From positions 2,989,890-3,053,889 of the forward strand of contig OY970340.1 of NCBI GenBank assembly GCA_963717465.1: a stretch of DNA of 64,000 bases, given 5' to 3'. Position numbers and translations under genes: made by a program. The notes beneath the pieces are model-generated. The model saw nothing but the letters and a program-made list of their open reading frames with translations, searched no databases and was not told the DNA's origin. Of this stretch, positions 55,858 through 64,000 are shown one piece after another; within the stretch, counting starts at the first letter, position 1; each line of letters opens with the position of its first letter. The stretch is from Candidatus Bathyarchaeota archaeon (GTDB lineage: Archaea; Thermoproteota; Bathyarchaeia; Bathyarchaeales; Bathycorpusculaceae).

Positions 55858-56577
55858 ATGCGTATGCAAGACATCATTGAAAAGCTAAGAAAAGTGGGAT
55901 TAACAGAATATGAAGCCAAAGCGTACATGGTACTTGTAAATGCGCATCTAAGTACCGCAACGCAAGTTTCCCAAAAATCAGGAGTCCCAAGAACAAAAAT
56001 CTACTCAGTGCTTGAATCACTTAAGAATAAAGGCTGGGTACACGTGTACTCCGGCGTTCCATTGCTGTTTAAGGCAGTTGAACCCCTGCTTGTTTTTGAG
56101 AAAATCAAAGAGGACTACAGTGTCTTCTTGCAGTCAGTCCAATCAACTCTTAAAAAAGAGGTTAATAACTTGAAAGAAAAATTTGTAATAAAAAAATTTG
56201 ATATCGGCTTGGATAGCCTCAAACAGGAAATTAGCCAAGCTAAAACCGTAGAAATCAACAATGCAACAGCGAGCTTCATAAAAAAAATTAACGATTCCTT
56301 CAAACCTGAAGCACAAATCAAAGTGCTCCTGTTTCCAGGAGAAGCAAAACCATTCTCAAATCAGCAGGTACTGTTTAAGCAGGCTGAAGTAGCCATCGTC
56401 AGCATCGTGAGAAACAAAGAAGTACCATCAATGAGCATAACGCTTGATGAAAACCGAACTTTTACAGTCTTCCAAGACCCCGTTGATCACAGATACGTTA
56501 TCGATGAAATGCTTTACGATGAATGCCAAAACTGCTTTGCCAGCTGGAGCAATCTAAGCTGGAACGCAAACAACTGA
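55858..56577 (+). CDS. TrmB-family regulator with an atypical CxxC C-terminal domain
   Basis: GLTEYEAKAY...SGVPRTKIYSVLESL. Confidence 0.9.
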   Translation: MRMQDIIEKLRKVGLTEYEAKAYMVLVNAHLSTATQVSQKSGVPRTKIYSVLESLKNKGWVHVYSGVPLLFKAVEPLLVFEKIKEDYSVFLQSVQSTLKKEVNNLKEKFVIKKFDIGLDSLKQEISQAKTVEINNATASFIKKINDSFKPEAQIKVLLFPGEAKPFSNQQVLFKQAEVAIVSIVRNKEVPSMSITLDENRTFTVFQDPVDHRYVIDEMLYDECQNCFASWSNLSWNANN

Positions 56578-56592
56578 AATGGAGAAAATCGA

Positions 56593-57027
56593 ATGCCAAT
56601 CGTCGATGGAAAATTTGAAGCAAAAATCTCAACAACTTACGCTTCACCGCAAGAAGGTATAGGTGAAATAAAACAGATGGTACAGAAATCTCGAAGACTC
56701 AGAATCAGCAACATACCAATGCCATTGCTTGAAGAACTAAAACCGCTTCTGAAAAAAAAAGACCTAATGATCGTTCTACCGCAAAATCATACGCCAAACC
56801 AAGAACTCAAAGATTTGGCACCCATAGCCACGATGAAAGCAAGAATATACGTTGACTACATGGGACAAGAAGCCAACTCTGGATCAATCAACTTTGCAAA
56901 CCGAACATTCAACATCATCTGGCTAAACGATAAAATCCTAAGCATCTCAGCAATGGAATACAGCAAATGCGCCAAATGCATGCTGGAAACCTTTGAAAGC
57001 GGATGGCACTACGCTCAAAAATGGTAA
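56593..57027 (+). CDS. Hypothetical protein, paralog of the C-terminal domain of the upstream TrmB
   Basis: Shares GxxxxKQ, SIx(3-4)NRTF and MxYxxCxxC...W; SD GGAG. Confidence 0.75.
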   Translation: MPIVDGKFEAKISTTYASPQEGIGEIKQMVQKSRRLRISNIPMPLLEELKPLLKKKDLMIVLPQNHTPNQELKDLAPIATMKARIYVDYMGQEANSGSINFANRTFNIIWLNDKILSISAMEYSKCAKCMLETFESGWHYAQKW

Positions 57028-57028
57028 A

Positions 57029-57538
57029 TCAGTTCCCCCACTTTTCCCTTAATAATTTAAAATCTTCCTCAAACTTTTTACGCATCTTCAAAAAACGCAT
57101 CGCCGCAGATGGATGATAAATCAAAAAATACTCCACGCCATCAAGCCGTGGAGCCTGCCAAGCAACCGCCCCCATCAAAACAACAATTTTCGGTTTAATT
57201 TCCTCGATTTGAACAGTCAAGTAAGGCACGCAAGCTTCAACCTCATCCGAGAAAGGCGCTCTATTGCTTGGAGTGACATGCTTCACTATATTCGTAATGA
57301 AAATTTCTTCACGCTTAAACCCGTTTTCAGCTAAAACTTTATTCAAGAATTTGCCCGCTCGCCCCACAAAAGGCCTGCCCACCTTGTCTTCCTCGCCCCC
57401 AGGGTTTTGCCCAACAAGCATGATTTTCGCGTCAATTGGTCCTTCTCCTGGAACCGCATGACATGCTCCTCGATAAAGCCTGCATTTACGACAAGAGCGT
57501 ATTTGCGCGTTCAAATTTTCAAACAGCATAAAAATCAC
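57029..57538 (-). CDS. Uracil-DNA glycosylase family 4-like
   Basis: CRKC.L, VPGEG, GQNPG, PFVG, HPSA. Confidence 0.88.
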   Translation of the reverse strand: MIFMLFENLNAQIRSCRKCRLYRGACHAVPGEGPIDAKIMLVGQNPGGEEDKVGRPFVGRAGKFLNKVLAENGFKREEIFITNIVKHVTPSNRAPFSDEVEACVPYLTVQIEEIKPKIVVLMGAVAWQAPRLDGVEYFLIYHPSAAMRFLKMRKKFEEDFKLLREKWGN

Positions 57539-57627
57539 GTAACCAGAAACAAGTATAATAATCAGGCTTAAAAAATTCGCTACTTTACGAATTCGAAAGT
57601 TTTTTAGGATGTAAAATTTACTTTTAT

Positions 57628-58215
57628 TTGGCTAAATGTATGGGTAATCACGGTGGTTTCTTTCTTGATGAAGCTATGAGAAGATCATGGTATAATCCAG
57701 AGCAAATTCTTCAATCCGCAGGTTTACAATCAGGCATGGTTTTCATGGATATTGGCTCGGCAGACGGTTTCTTCACCATTTTGGCTGCGAAGATGATGGG
57801 AAAAAAAGGAAAAGTCTTCGCTCTCGATATTGATGCGGATGCCATTAAAACGATAAAGAGTAAGGCTCGAAAAGAAGGCTTAAGAAACGTGCAAGCAGTA
57901 GTTGGGGCAGCCGAAGAAACTGTCATCTGCAGCGCTTGTGCAGACATAATTTTCTTTAGCATGGTTCTTCACGATTTTAAGGACGCTTCTAAAGTTTTGT
58001 TGAACGCTAGAAAAATGATTAAGCCCGATGGATTACTGGTCAATTTAGATTGGAAAAAAAAGGAAGACAAAACCGAAATTGGTCCACCGCTAACAATTAG
58101 GTTTAGCGAAGAAAAAGCTTGCAGCATGATTGAGGCTGCGGGTTTTAAATGCTTAAATCCGAAAAATATTGGACCGTACCATTATGTTCTATTTGGCAAG
58201 CCGCTTGCACCTTGA
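57628..58215 (+). CDS. Class I SAM-dependent methyltransferase
   Basis: DIGSADG motif I, ALDID, KPDG. Confidence 0.85.
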   Translation: MAKCMGNHGGFFLDEAMRRSWYNPEQILQSAGLQSGMVFMDIGSADGFFTILAAKMMGKKGKVFALDIDADAIKTIKSKARKEGLRNVQAVVGAAEETVICSACADIIFFSMVLHDFKDASKVLLNARKMIKPDGLLVNLDWKKKEDKTEIGPPLTIRFSEEKACSMIEAAGFKCLNPKNIGPYHYVLFGKPLAP

Positions 58216-58820
58216 GATTGCTCGGCAGTAGCATAAAGTTCCAAAAGGTCATGTTTGAACCTGTCAATTTGGTCTTTATACGCTGAGTGACCAGCGCCAG
58301 CATAGACTGTGAGTTTGGCGATGGGAAGCTTCTCAGCTAACGTACGCATTTCTTCTCCTGAAACAATATTGTCCTCAGAACCCCAAATCAGCCTAACTGG
58401 AAACTTAAACTGTTCAAAATTATCTAAAAGTTTCTTATCCAATGCTCTCGCAGGCGCAATAAGCAACAAGCCTTTAACAGGAAAACTAGCGGCATAATGC
58501 AGCGCGATGTTTCCGCCGATGCTTGCTCCAACGAGGACTGGAGTAACTGAACCGAAAACGCTTTGGATAACCTCATAAACTACTTGAATGTTTTTCTGCG
58601 GATTACGAGTTCTTGGACTACATTTAGTTCTTATCCCATACGGCATGTCTAAAGCTAAAAACGGAACACGCTTTTCAAGCAAAAGATTTGTAATGCCCAA
58701 TTGTTCCCAAATGCTGATTGTGTAGGATAAACCGTGAAGAAAAACTATTGGGACACCCGAAGTTTTATAATATTTTACTGGACACTTGAAACCTGCAGCA
58801 GTCAATATTTTCTGAGGCAA
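58182..58820 (-). CDS. Alpha/beta hydrolase
   Basis: FLHG, GASIGG, GSED, AGH. Confidence 0.88.
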   Translation of the reverse strand: MPQKILTAAGFKCPVKYYKTSGVPIVFLHGLSYTISIWEQLGITNLLLEKRVPFLALDMPYGIRTKCSPRTRNPQKNIQVVYEVIQSVFGSVTPVLVGASIGGNIALHYAASFPVKGLLLIAPARALDKKLLDNFEQFKFPVRLIWGSEDNIVSGEEMRTLAEKLPIAKLTVYAGAGHSAYKDQIDRFKHDLLELYATAEQSQGASGLPNRT

Positions 58821-58920
58821 AACAGTTTCAACCTGCTTTTTAATAGGTACTCGGCTCTTATAACATTGATTTTTCTAAAGTATACCTTAAAAACTATAAT
58901 AAGTGCTTGCTTACTAGATA

Positions 58921-59406
58921 TTGTGGTGGAATTTTTTGGAAGTTAAAGTTGGAGATAAAGCTCCAGATTTTACTTTGCCCTCTCAAATGGGCGATAACGT
59001 TACACTATCTGAATATTTCGGAAAGAAAAATGTAGTCTTGTACTTCTATCCTAAAGATGACTCACCTGGATGTACACGCGAAGCCTGCAGTTTCAGAGAT
59101 AGTTACGAGGCTTTATCAAACTTGGGTGCAGAAGTGCTCGGTGTAAGTTCACAAAGCGTGGAAGCGCACAAGTCTTTTGCCGGACACTATGGGTTGCCGT
59201 TCATACTTCTCAGCGATAAAGATAAAAAAGTCAGAGAGCTTTATGGCGTTCATTCTTCAATGGGTCTTATCCCTGGCCGAGTCACGTTTATTATCGATAA
59301 GAAGGGGATTGTGCGCCATGTTTTCTCGTCTCAAACTCAGACTGAACGTCACGTGCAAGAAGCTATGCAAGCGCTAAAACAGATCGATGAAGACAAAACG
59401 GCTTAG
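58921..59406 (+). CDS. bcp: Peroxiredoxin (BCP/PrxQ)
   Basis: [16 protein letters not shown]; start probably TTG near 58937. Confidence 0.93.
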   Translation: MWWNFLEVKVGDKAPDFTLPSQMGDNVTLSEYFGKKNVVLYFYPKDDSPGCTREACSFRDSYEALSNLGAEVLGVSSQSVEAHKSFAGHYGLPFILLSDKDKKVRELYGVHSSMGLIPGRVTFIIDKKGIVRHVFSSQTQTERHVQEAMQALKQIDEDKTA

Positions 59407-59416
59407 GAGAAAAAGC

Positions 59417-60658
59417 TTGCTCAGGTTATTCAACACTTTATCTGGGCAAACTGAAACATTCAAGCCCCAAGAAGACAAGCTTGTTAAGATGTACACTTGT
59501 GGGCCTTCTACTTATCAGCCAGCACACATCGGCAATTACCGTACTTTCGTTTTTGAAGATGTTCTTCAGCGTTATCTTGAATATTTGGGTTATAAAGTTG
59601 TTCGCGTAATGACGCTAACAGATGTGGAAGACAAATCGATTGCTCAAGCAAAAAAAGAAAACTTGTCAGTCGAGGAGTTAACGCGAAAAAACGAGGCGTG
59701 GTTTTTTGAGGAATTTGAATTTTTAAGAATTAAGAAACCAGATTTCTCGGTTAGAGCTTCAACAACTGTAGACCAAGCTGTTAACTTAATTGATAAGTTG
59801 GTTGAAAAAGGAGTAGCGTACTGGTATACGTATAAAGGAGCGAGAAATGCCTATTTTGACCCGCATAAATTTGCTGGTTTCGGCAAACTGGCGCATTTAG
59901 ACATAAGTAAATGGCCAAAGAGGAAGCGCAGATTCCATAAGGACACTTACCCTGGCACCCCATGGAATAAGGGGGATTTTATTCTTTGGCATGGATGTGA
60001 AGAAAATGTTTGCTGGAACACTCGCTTTGGCAGAGGAAGACCAGCGTGGAATCTTCAAGATGCAGCTATTGTAACTAAACATTTAGGGTTTAGCATTGAC
60101 GTTGCCTGCGGCGGAATAGATAATCTCGTTAGACACCATGATTACACGCTTGCTATTGCTGAAGCAGTTTCAGGAGAGCAGTTTTCAAAATTTTGGCTTC
60201 ACGGTGCTCACTTATTTGTAAACGGAGATAAAATGTCTAAAAGCAAAGGCAACGTGATTTACCTCAAAAACCTTTCAGAAAAAGGTTTTAAAGGCGATCA
60301 GATTCGTTTCTTTCTATCTTATGGATGCTACAGAGAGAAAATAGATTTCACTTATGAAAAATTCGCCGAAGTAACTCGCAAATTGGATTCATTCAAGAGA
60401 TTAGTTGAAGATTTACAAAAACTAAATTCTGCCACTACCACTAACTCCAATGAAGAGTTGAGGACTCTTGTCGAAAGCATACCGTCAAGTTTTGAAGCTA
60501 AAATGAATAACAACCTAGACGTTAAAGGCGCATTCGATAAACTGTATGAGATAATTGGCAAGTTGCATGAGAATAAAGAAAAACTAAGCAGAAAAGATGT
60601 ACAAGATATCTTGCAGAACTTGCGCAAAGTTGACTATGTACTGCAATGTATCTTCTAA
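59417..60658 (+). CDS. Cysteinyl-tRNA synthetase-like paralog with altered active site and no anticodon-binding tail
   Basis: CGP, HIGN and KMSKS present; WHIEC reads WNLQD and FPHHENE reads VRHHDYT; TTG start after AGGAG. Confidence 0.85.
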   Translation: MLRLFNTLSGQTETFKPQEDKLVKMYTCGPSTYQPAHIGNYRTFVFEDVLQRYLEYLGYKVVRVMTLTDVEDKSIAQAKKENLSVEELTRKNEAWFFEEFEFLRIKKPDFSVRASTTVDQAVNLIDKLVEKGVAYWYTYKGARNAYFDPHKFAGFGKLAHLDISKWPKRKRRFHKDTYPGTPWNKGDFILWHGCEENVCWNTRFGRGRPAWNLQDAAIVTKHLGFSIDVACGGIDNLVRHHDYTLAIAEAVSGEQFSKFWLHGAHLFVNGDKMSKSKGNVIYLKNLSEKGFKGDQIRFFLSYGCYREKIDFTYEKFAEVTRKLDSFKRLVEDLQKLNSATTTNSNEELRTLVESIPSSFEAKMNNNLDVKGAFDKLYEIIGKLHENKEKLSRKDVQDILQNLRKVDYVLQCIF

Positions 60659-60665
60659 AGAGAGT

Positions 60666-60905
60666 TTAGACTAAATCTCCCACGTATTTTACTTTTTCAA
60701 GGTTTGCTTCCCCATGGGGGGCATTTGCTAATTCTTCAGTTAAGTCCTTTCCAGCTTGATGTGCCCCAAAATGGTCGCCTCCAATCCAAAAACTATCTTC
60801 CGTCACATCGTAGACCTTGCCATTGTACGCAATGTAAGCAGGTTTGCCGTTGGTCCCATCATTTTTTTCAAGCTCTTGCCTTGAAATTTTTCTCGCGGCA
60901 CTCAA
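60666..60905 (-). CDS. Cytochrome b5-like heme/steroid-binding domain protein
   Basis: YIAYNGKVYDVT...HQAGKDLT...PHG; TTG start after GGAGG. Confidence 0.88.
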   Translation of the reverse strand: MSAARKISRQELEKNDGTNGKPAYIAYNGKVYDVTEDSFWIGGDHFGAHQAGKDLTEELANAPHGEANLEKVKYVGDLV

Positions 60906-61237
60906 AAAAAGTTTCCTCCAACAATTAATAATTCTTATTGCACTTAAACGTTTCAATAAAATGACTTTAAAGCTGACGCCTTTTCTACTAAAAATGATAC
61001 TACAAACGCGAAAAATTTCAAACAAAAAACAATAACTTCCGTCATAACTACTACTAGTACGACTGAGGATATGGCAGAAACCATTAAAGCATAGCTTGTT
61101 AGGAACCTCCATAAAGATTGGATTCCAAGACTGCAGAACATTAAATTAAGCTAAAGAATGAGAAAAACATGTAAATATTTCCTAATCGAGGCAAATACAA
61201 ATAAGACTGCTTATTGACTGCTATGATTGGAGGCTAA

Positions 61238-61459
61238 ATAATCAGAAAAAAGAAGGCTTTTTTTCTGACTGGAGGAGTTCACTCTTTTCTTCTCTGGTTC
61301 TACACAGTTGCGAGAGTTTTCGTAAACAGAATATGGCCAAATGAATTATTCATTAATAATGTGCCATTTTTAAGTTTCTTCACAGTTGGCGGTCTAGCAT
61401 TTCTTGCATGCATTGTGTTTTTTTACTGTTACTTCTCACAAAACTTAGAGCCTAACTAG
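61238..61459 (+). CDS. Small two-TM membrane protein; no ATG/GTG/TTG start at its 5' end
   Basis: Open frame IIRKKKAFFLTGGVHSFLLWFYTVARVF...VPFLSFFTVGGLAFLACIVF; GGAGG just upstream; similar to 61495-61746. Confidence 0.55.
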   Translation: MIRKKKAFFLTGGVHSFLLWFYTVARVFVNRIWPNELFINNVPFLSFFTVGGLAFLACIVFFYCYFSQNLEPN

Positions 61460-61494
61460 ATCAGGTTCCTTTTGCTCAATCCTGACTAATAGAT

Positions 61495-61746
61495 TTAGTT
61501 TTCAATAAGAAACAAAAACATGAAAATAATGCTCAAAAGAAAAGAAGCTGCACCTAATCTTATGTAAGTCAAGAATGGCAAACTAGAAAAGATAATGCTT
61601 AATGGATCATTATAAATAAGTATAGTCGCAGCATCGAAAAGCCAAACTATAAAAACAGCCAGCCAAATGGAAAAAAATAAGACTTTCTTTATCCTCGTAT
61701 TCTCAATTCCTTTAACCCTTGTTAAAAGCTTGGCACTATTTAACAA
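61495..61746 (-). CDS. Small two-TM membrane protein
   Basis: KKVLFF...FIVW...LPFLTY..LG..SFL. Confidence 0.6.
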   Translation of the reverse strand: MLNSAKLLTRVKGIENTRIKKVLFFSIWLAVFIVWLFDAATILIYNDPLSIIFSSLPFLTYIRLGAASFLLSIIFMFLFLIEN

Positions 61747-61891
61747 TCATCTAACAAAAGATTTTGTTTATTTATCTTTCCGTGCATGTGAGACTGATTT
61801 GAGGGAGCGAACTAACAAAAGAACAAATTAACGAGTGAACGAACGACAAAATGAGGAAGGGAAGAGTAAGAGAAATGATATGAGAGTATGA

Positions 61892-61920
61892 GGTTTGGGT
61901 TTGGGATTAAAATTCAATAG
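61892..61920. repeat. Fourth palindrome copy GGTTTGGGTTTG-GGATTAAAATTCAATAG
   Basis: Reverse complement shares ATTGAATTTTAATCCC with 47057-47072. Confidence 0.75.
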
Positions 61921-62146
61921 CCGTTAATTACACATCACGCCACACAGTTAGAAAAGCCAGTTTGTGGTTCTTACTGAAAAATCAATATTTTAAGCTTTGA
62001 AAATTATTCTTCTATTACTGCCTATTCTACGTTTTACTTATATTTTTAAGTGCACGCTTATTACATGTGTTGACAGTTGAAAGTCTTACCAATAGACTGA
62101 TTAAGGTGAAAATATTCATTTTAAGTTGATTTTTGAGGTTTAGTTT

Positions 62147-63904
62147 ATGGCGCGTTACCGGTGTATTGTTTGTAATTATGTTTATGATGAAGCTAAGGAA
62201 AAAATAAAATTTAGCGATCTGCCCAAAGAATGGGTTTGCCCTGTTTGTGGTGCACCGAAAAGCAATTTTGTCCTGTTATCAGAGGAATCCGTTGAAGAAA
62301 AGAAGGAGCGCACGGTTTCAGAAGTTCTAATTGATCAAATTGGACAGTGGGGTGTTCAATACGTTTTTGGCATCCCAGGCACTTCAACTTTGGGCGTCGT
62401 TGACGCGATACGCAAAAGCAACAAAGTGAAATACCTGCAAGTGCGGCATGAGCAGACTGCAGCATTTATGGCTTCAGCTTACGGAAAATTAACCGGTCAC
62501 GTTGCAGCGTGTCTGGGAATTTCTGGACCGGGCGCTACGAATTTGGCTACGGGCTTGTACGATGCAAAGCTTGATCATTCGCCTGTTTTAGCGTTAACTG
62601 GATTGGTAGCTAGGCAACTCATTGGTCCAGGTTCAATGCAGGAGATTGATCAATATTCTTTTTTTGAGCCGATCTGCGTGTTCAACAAGATTTTAATGTC
62701 GCCTGACCAAACCACTATGCTAGCTACTTTGGCGATTAAGTATGCATTAGTTGACAAGGGAGTTTCCCACATTGGAATTCCTAACGATGTTCAAAAAATT
62801 CGTTATAAAACTGAAATTTTGCCTTTTGAGGGCAGGATGCCAAACTTCGCTTATGCACAAGACGAACAGCTAATTGAGAAAGCCGCCAAGATTGTAGATA
62901 AAGCAAGCAGACCAGTGATTATAGCTGGTTTTGGCGCTATGGGCCAAGGAGGCAAACTTTTAGAGTTGGCAACAAAAATTTGCGCTCCAATCGCGACTAC
63001 TTTCAAAGCCAAAGGAGTCATCGATGAACAAGATACCCTGTCCATTGGATGCCATGGTGGTGTTGGTTCAACTGCCTCGGCTGAGCTTGTCCGCAAAGCA
63101 GACTTGCTTATTATCATAGGCTGTTCTTTTTCTGAGTTGACACAGATTCCATCAAAGAAAACCGTTCAAATCGACATTAATCCTTTGATGATTGCAAGAA
63201 GATATCCTGTTGAAGCGGGATTATTAGGCAACAGCGCTTCATTAATTCCCAAGCTAACTGCTAAAGTCAGCGAAAAACACAATGCACCATATCTTTACGA
63301 AGTTGCCCGGCTAAAACGAAATTGGCTGAGCAGGCTTCAGAAAGAAGCAGACCGCACAAAAAAACCCATCAGACCTCAATACATAATTAAAGTTTTAAAC
63401 GAGAAACTTGCTGATGACGCAGTGATTTCGCTTGATGTTGGGGAAAACTGCTGGTGGTTCGGACGCAACTTTTTGATGAAAAAGACCCAGAAGATGGTGA
63501 TGAGTGGTTACCTTGCCACGATGGGTTTCGGTTTACCTGGCGCCTTGGCAGCGGCACTTGCTTACCCAGATAGGCAGATTGTTTGCGTAACTGGCGATGG
63601 AGGATTAACTATGGTGTTAGGCGACTTTTTAACGGCAGTCAAGTACGGTTTGCTCGTAAAAGTTTTCGTTTTCAACAATAAAAGTTTAGGAATGATTATG
63701 CAGGAACAAAAAGTGGAAGGCTACACGGGCTGGCAGACAGACCTGCAAAACTATGATTTTGCAAAGTTCAGTGAAAATGCTGGTGGATTTGGAATTAAAG
63801 TGAGTGAACCTAATCAACTTGAAGATGCCGTAGATAAAGCATTGGCCGCTAAAAAGCCTACTATTGTTGACATCGACACTGACCCAAGAAGATTCATCAC
63901 GTGA
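62147..63904 (+). CDS. Rubredoxin fused to a ThDP-dependent pyruvate oxidase/dehydrogenase-like enzyme
   Basis: CIVCNYVY...[27 protein letters not shown]...NN. Confidence 0.9.
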   Translation: MARYRCIVCNYVYDEAKEKIKFSDLPKEWVCPVCGAPKSNFVLLSEESVEEKKERTVSEVLIDQIGQWGVQYVFGIPGTSTLGVVDAIRKSNKVKYLQVRHEQTAAFMASAYGKLTGHVAACLGISGPGATNLATGLYDAKLDHSPVLALTGLVARQLIGPGSMQEIDQYSFFEPICVFNKILMSPDQTTMLATLAIKYALVDKGVSHIGIPNDVQKIRYKTEILPFEGRMPNFAYAQDEQLIEKAAKIVDKASRPVIIAGFGAMGQGGKLLELATKICAPIATTFKAKGVIDEQDTLSIGCHGGVGSTASAELVRKADLLIIIGCSFSELTQIPSKKTVQIDINPLMIARRYPVEAGLLGNSASLIPKLTAKVSEKHNAPYLYEVARLKRNWLSRLQKEADRTKKPIRPQYIIKVLNEKLADDAVISLDVGENCWWFGRNFLMKKTQKMVMSGYLATMGFGLPGALAAALAYPDRQIVCVTGDGGLTMVLGDFLTAVKYGLLVKVFVFNNKSLGMIMQEQKVEGYTGWQTDLQNYDFAKFSENAGGFGIKVSEPNQLEDAVDKALAAKKPTIVDIDTDPRRFIT

Positions 63905-64000
63905 AATGTTTACTCAAGCACCACTGTTTAGAAAAAATTTACAGCTTCATAATTGCGAAGGTTCGGCAGTTTATTTTATCCTACCATTAAACCGATGATC

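Noticed and set aside
60953..61141. 62-aa hydrophobic ORF
   Set aside because: No motif or clear RBS; cannot be supported without homologs.

Overview
Archaeal chromosomal window. The gene set, the GQTAGMxGHDIRNPLQA histidine-kinase family and the TACK-like 23S suggest Bathyarchaeia; this is inference, not a database result. 1-34.5 kb: mostly housekeeping and stress genes (PiT/DUF47, MFS-TetR, nitroreductases, rubrerythrin, lysW, pyrG, asnS, dph6 plus GATase, serA, glyA, polX, two-component genes, phoU/pstSCAB). 34.6-37.7 kb: a stand-alone 23S rRNA gene with its own promoter and processing stem, with no adjacent 16S. 38.1-54.9 kb: an apparently decayed island at tRNA-Thr(UGU) with a possible degenerate attR, gene debris, a proton/ion homeostasis block (TMEM175, CPA2, ClC, P-type H+-ATPase) and two families of unexplained non-coding repeats. 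55-64 kb: a TrmB regulator plus a free copy of its CxxC domain, a peroxiredoxin followed by a CysRS paralog with a rebuilt amino-acid pocket and no anticodon domain, and a rubredoxin-pyruvate oxidase fusion. Several single-base frameshifts (asnS, CDF, HK, phoU) look like sequencing errors. The best candidates for new biology are the CysRS-like ligase, the skew-switching 17-bp palindrome repeat family and the TrmB/partner pair.
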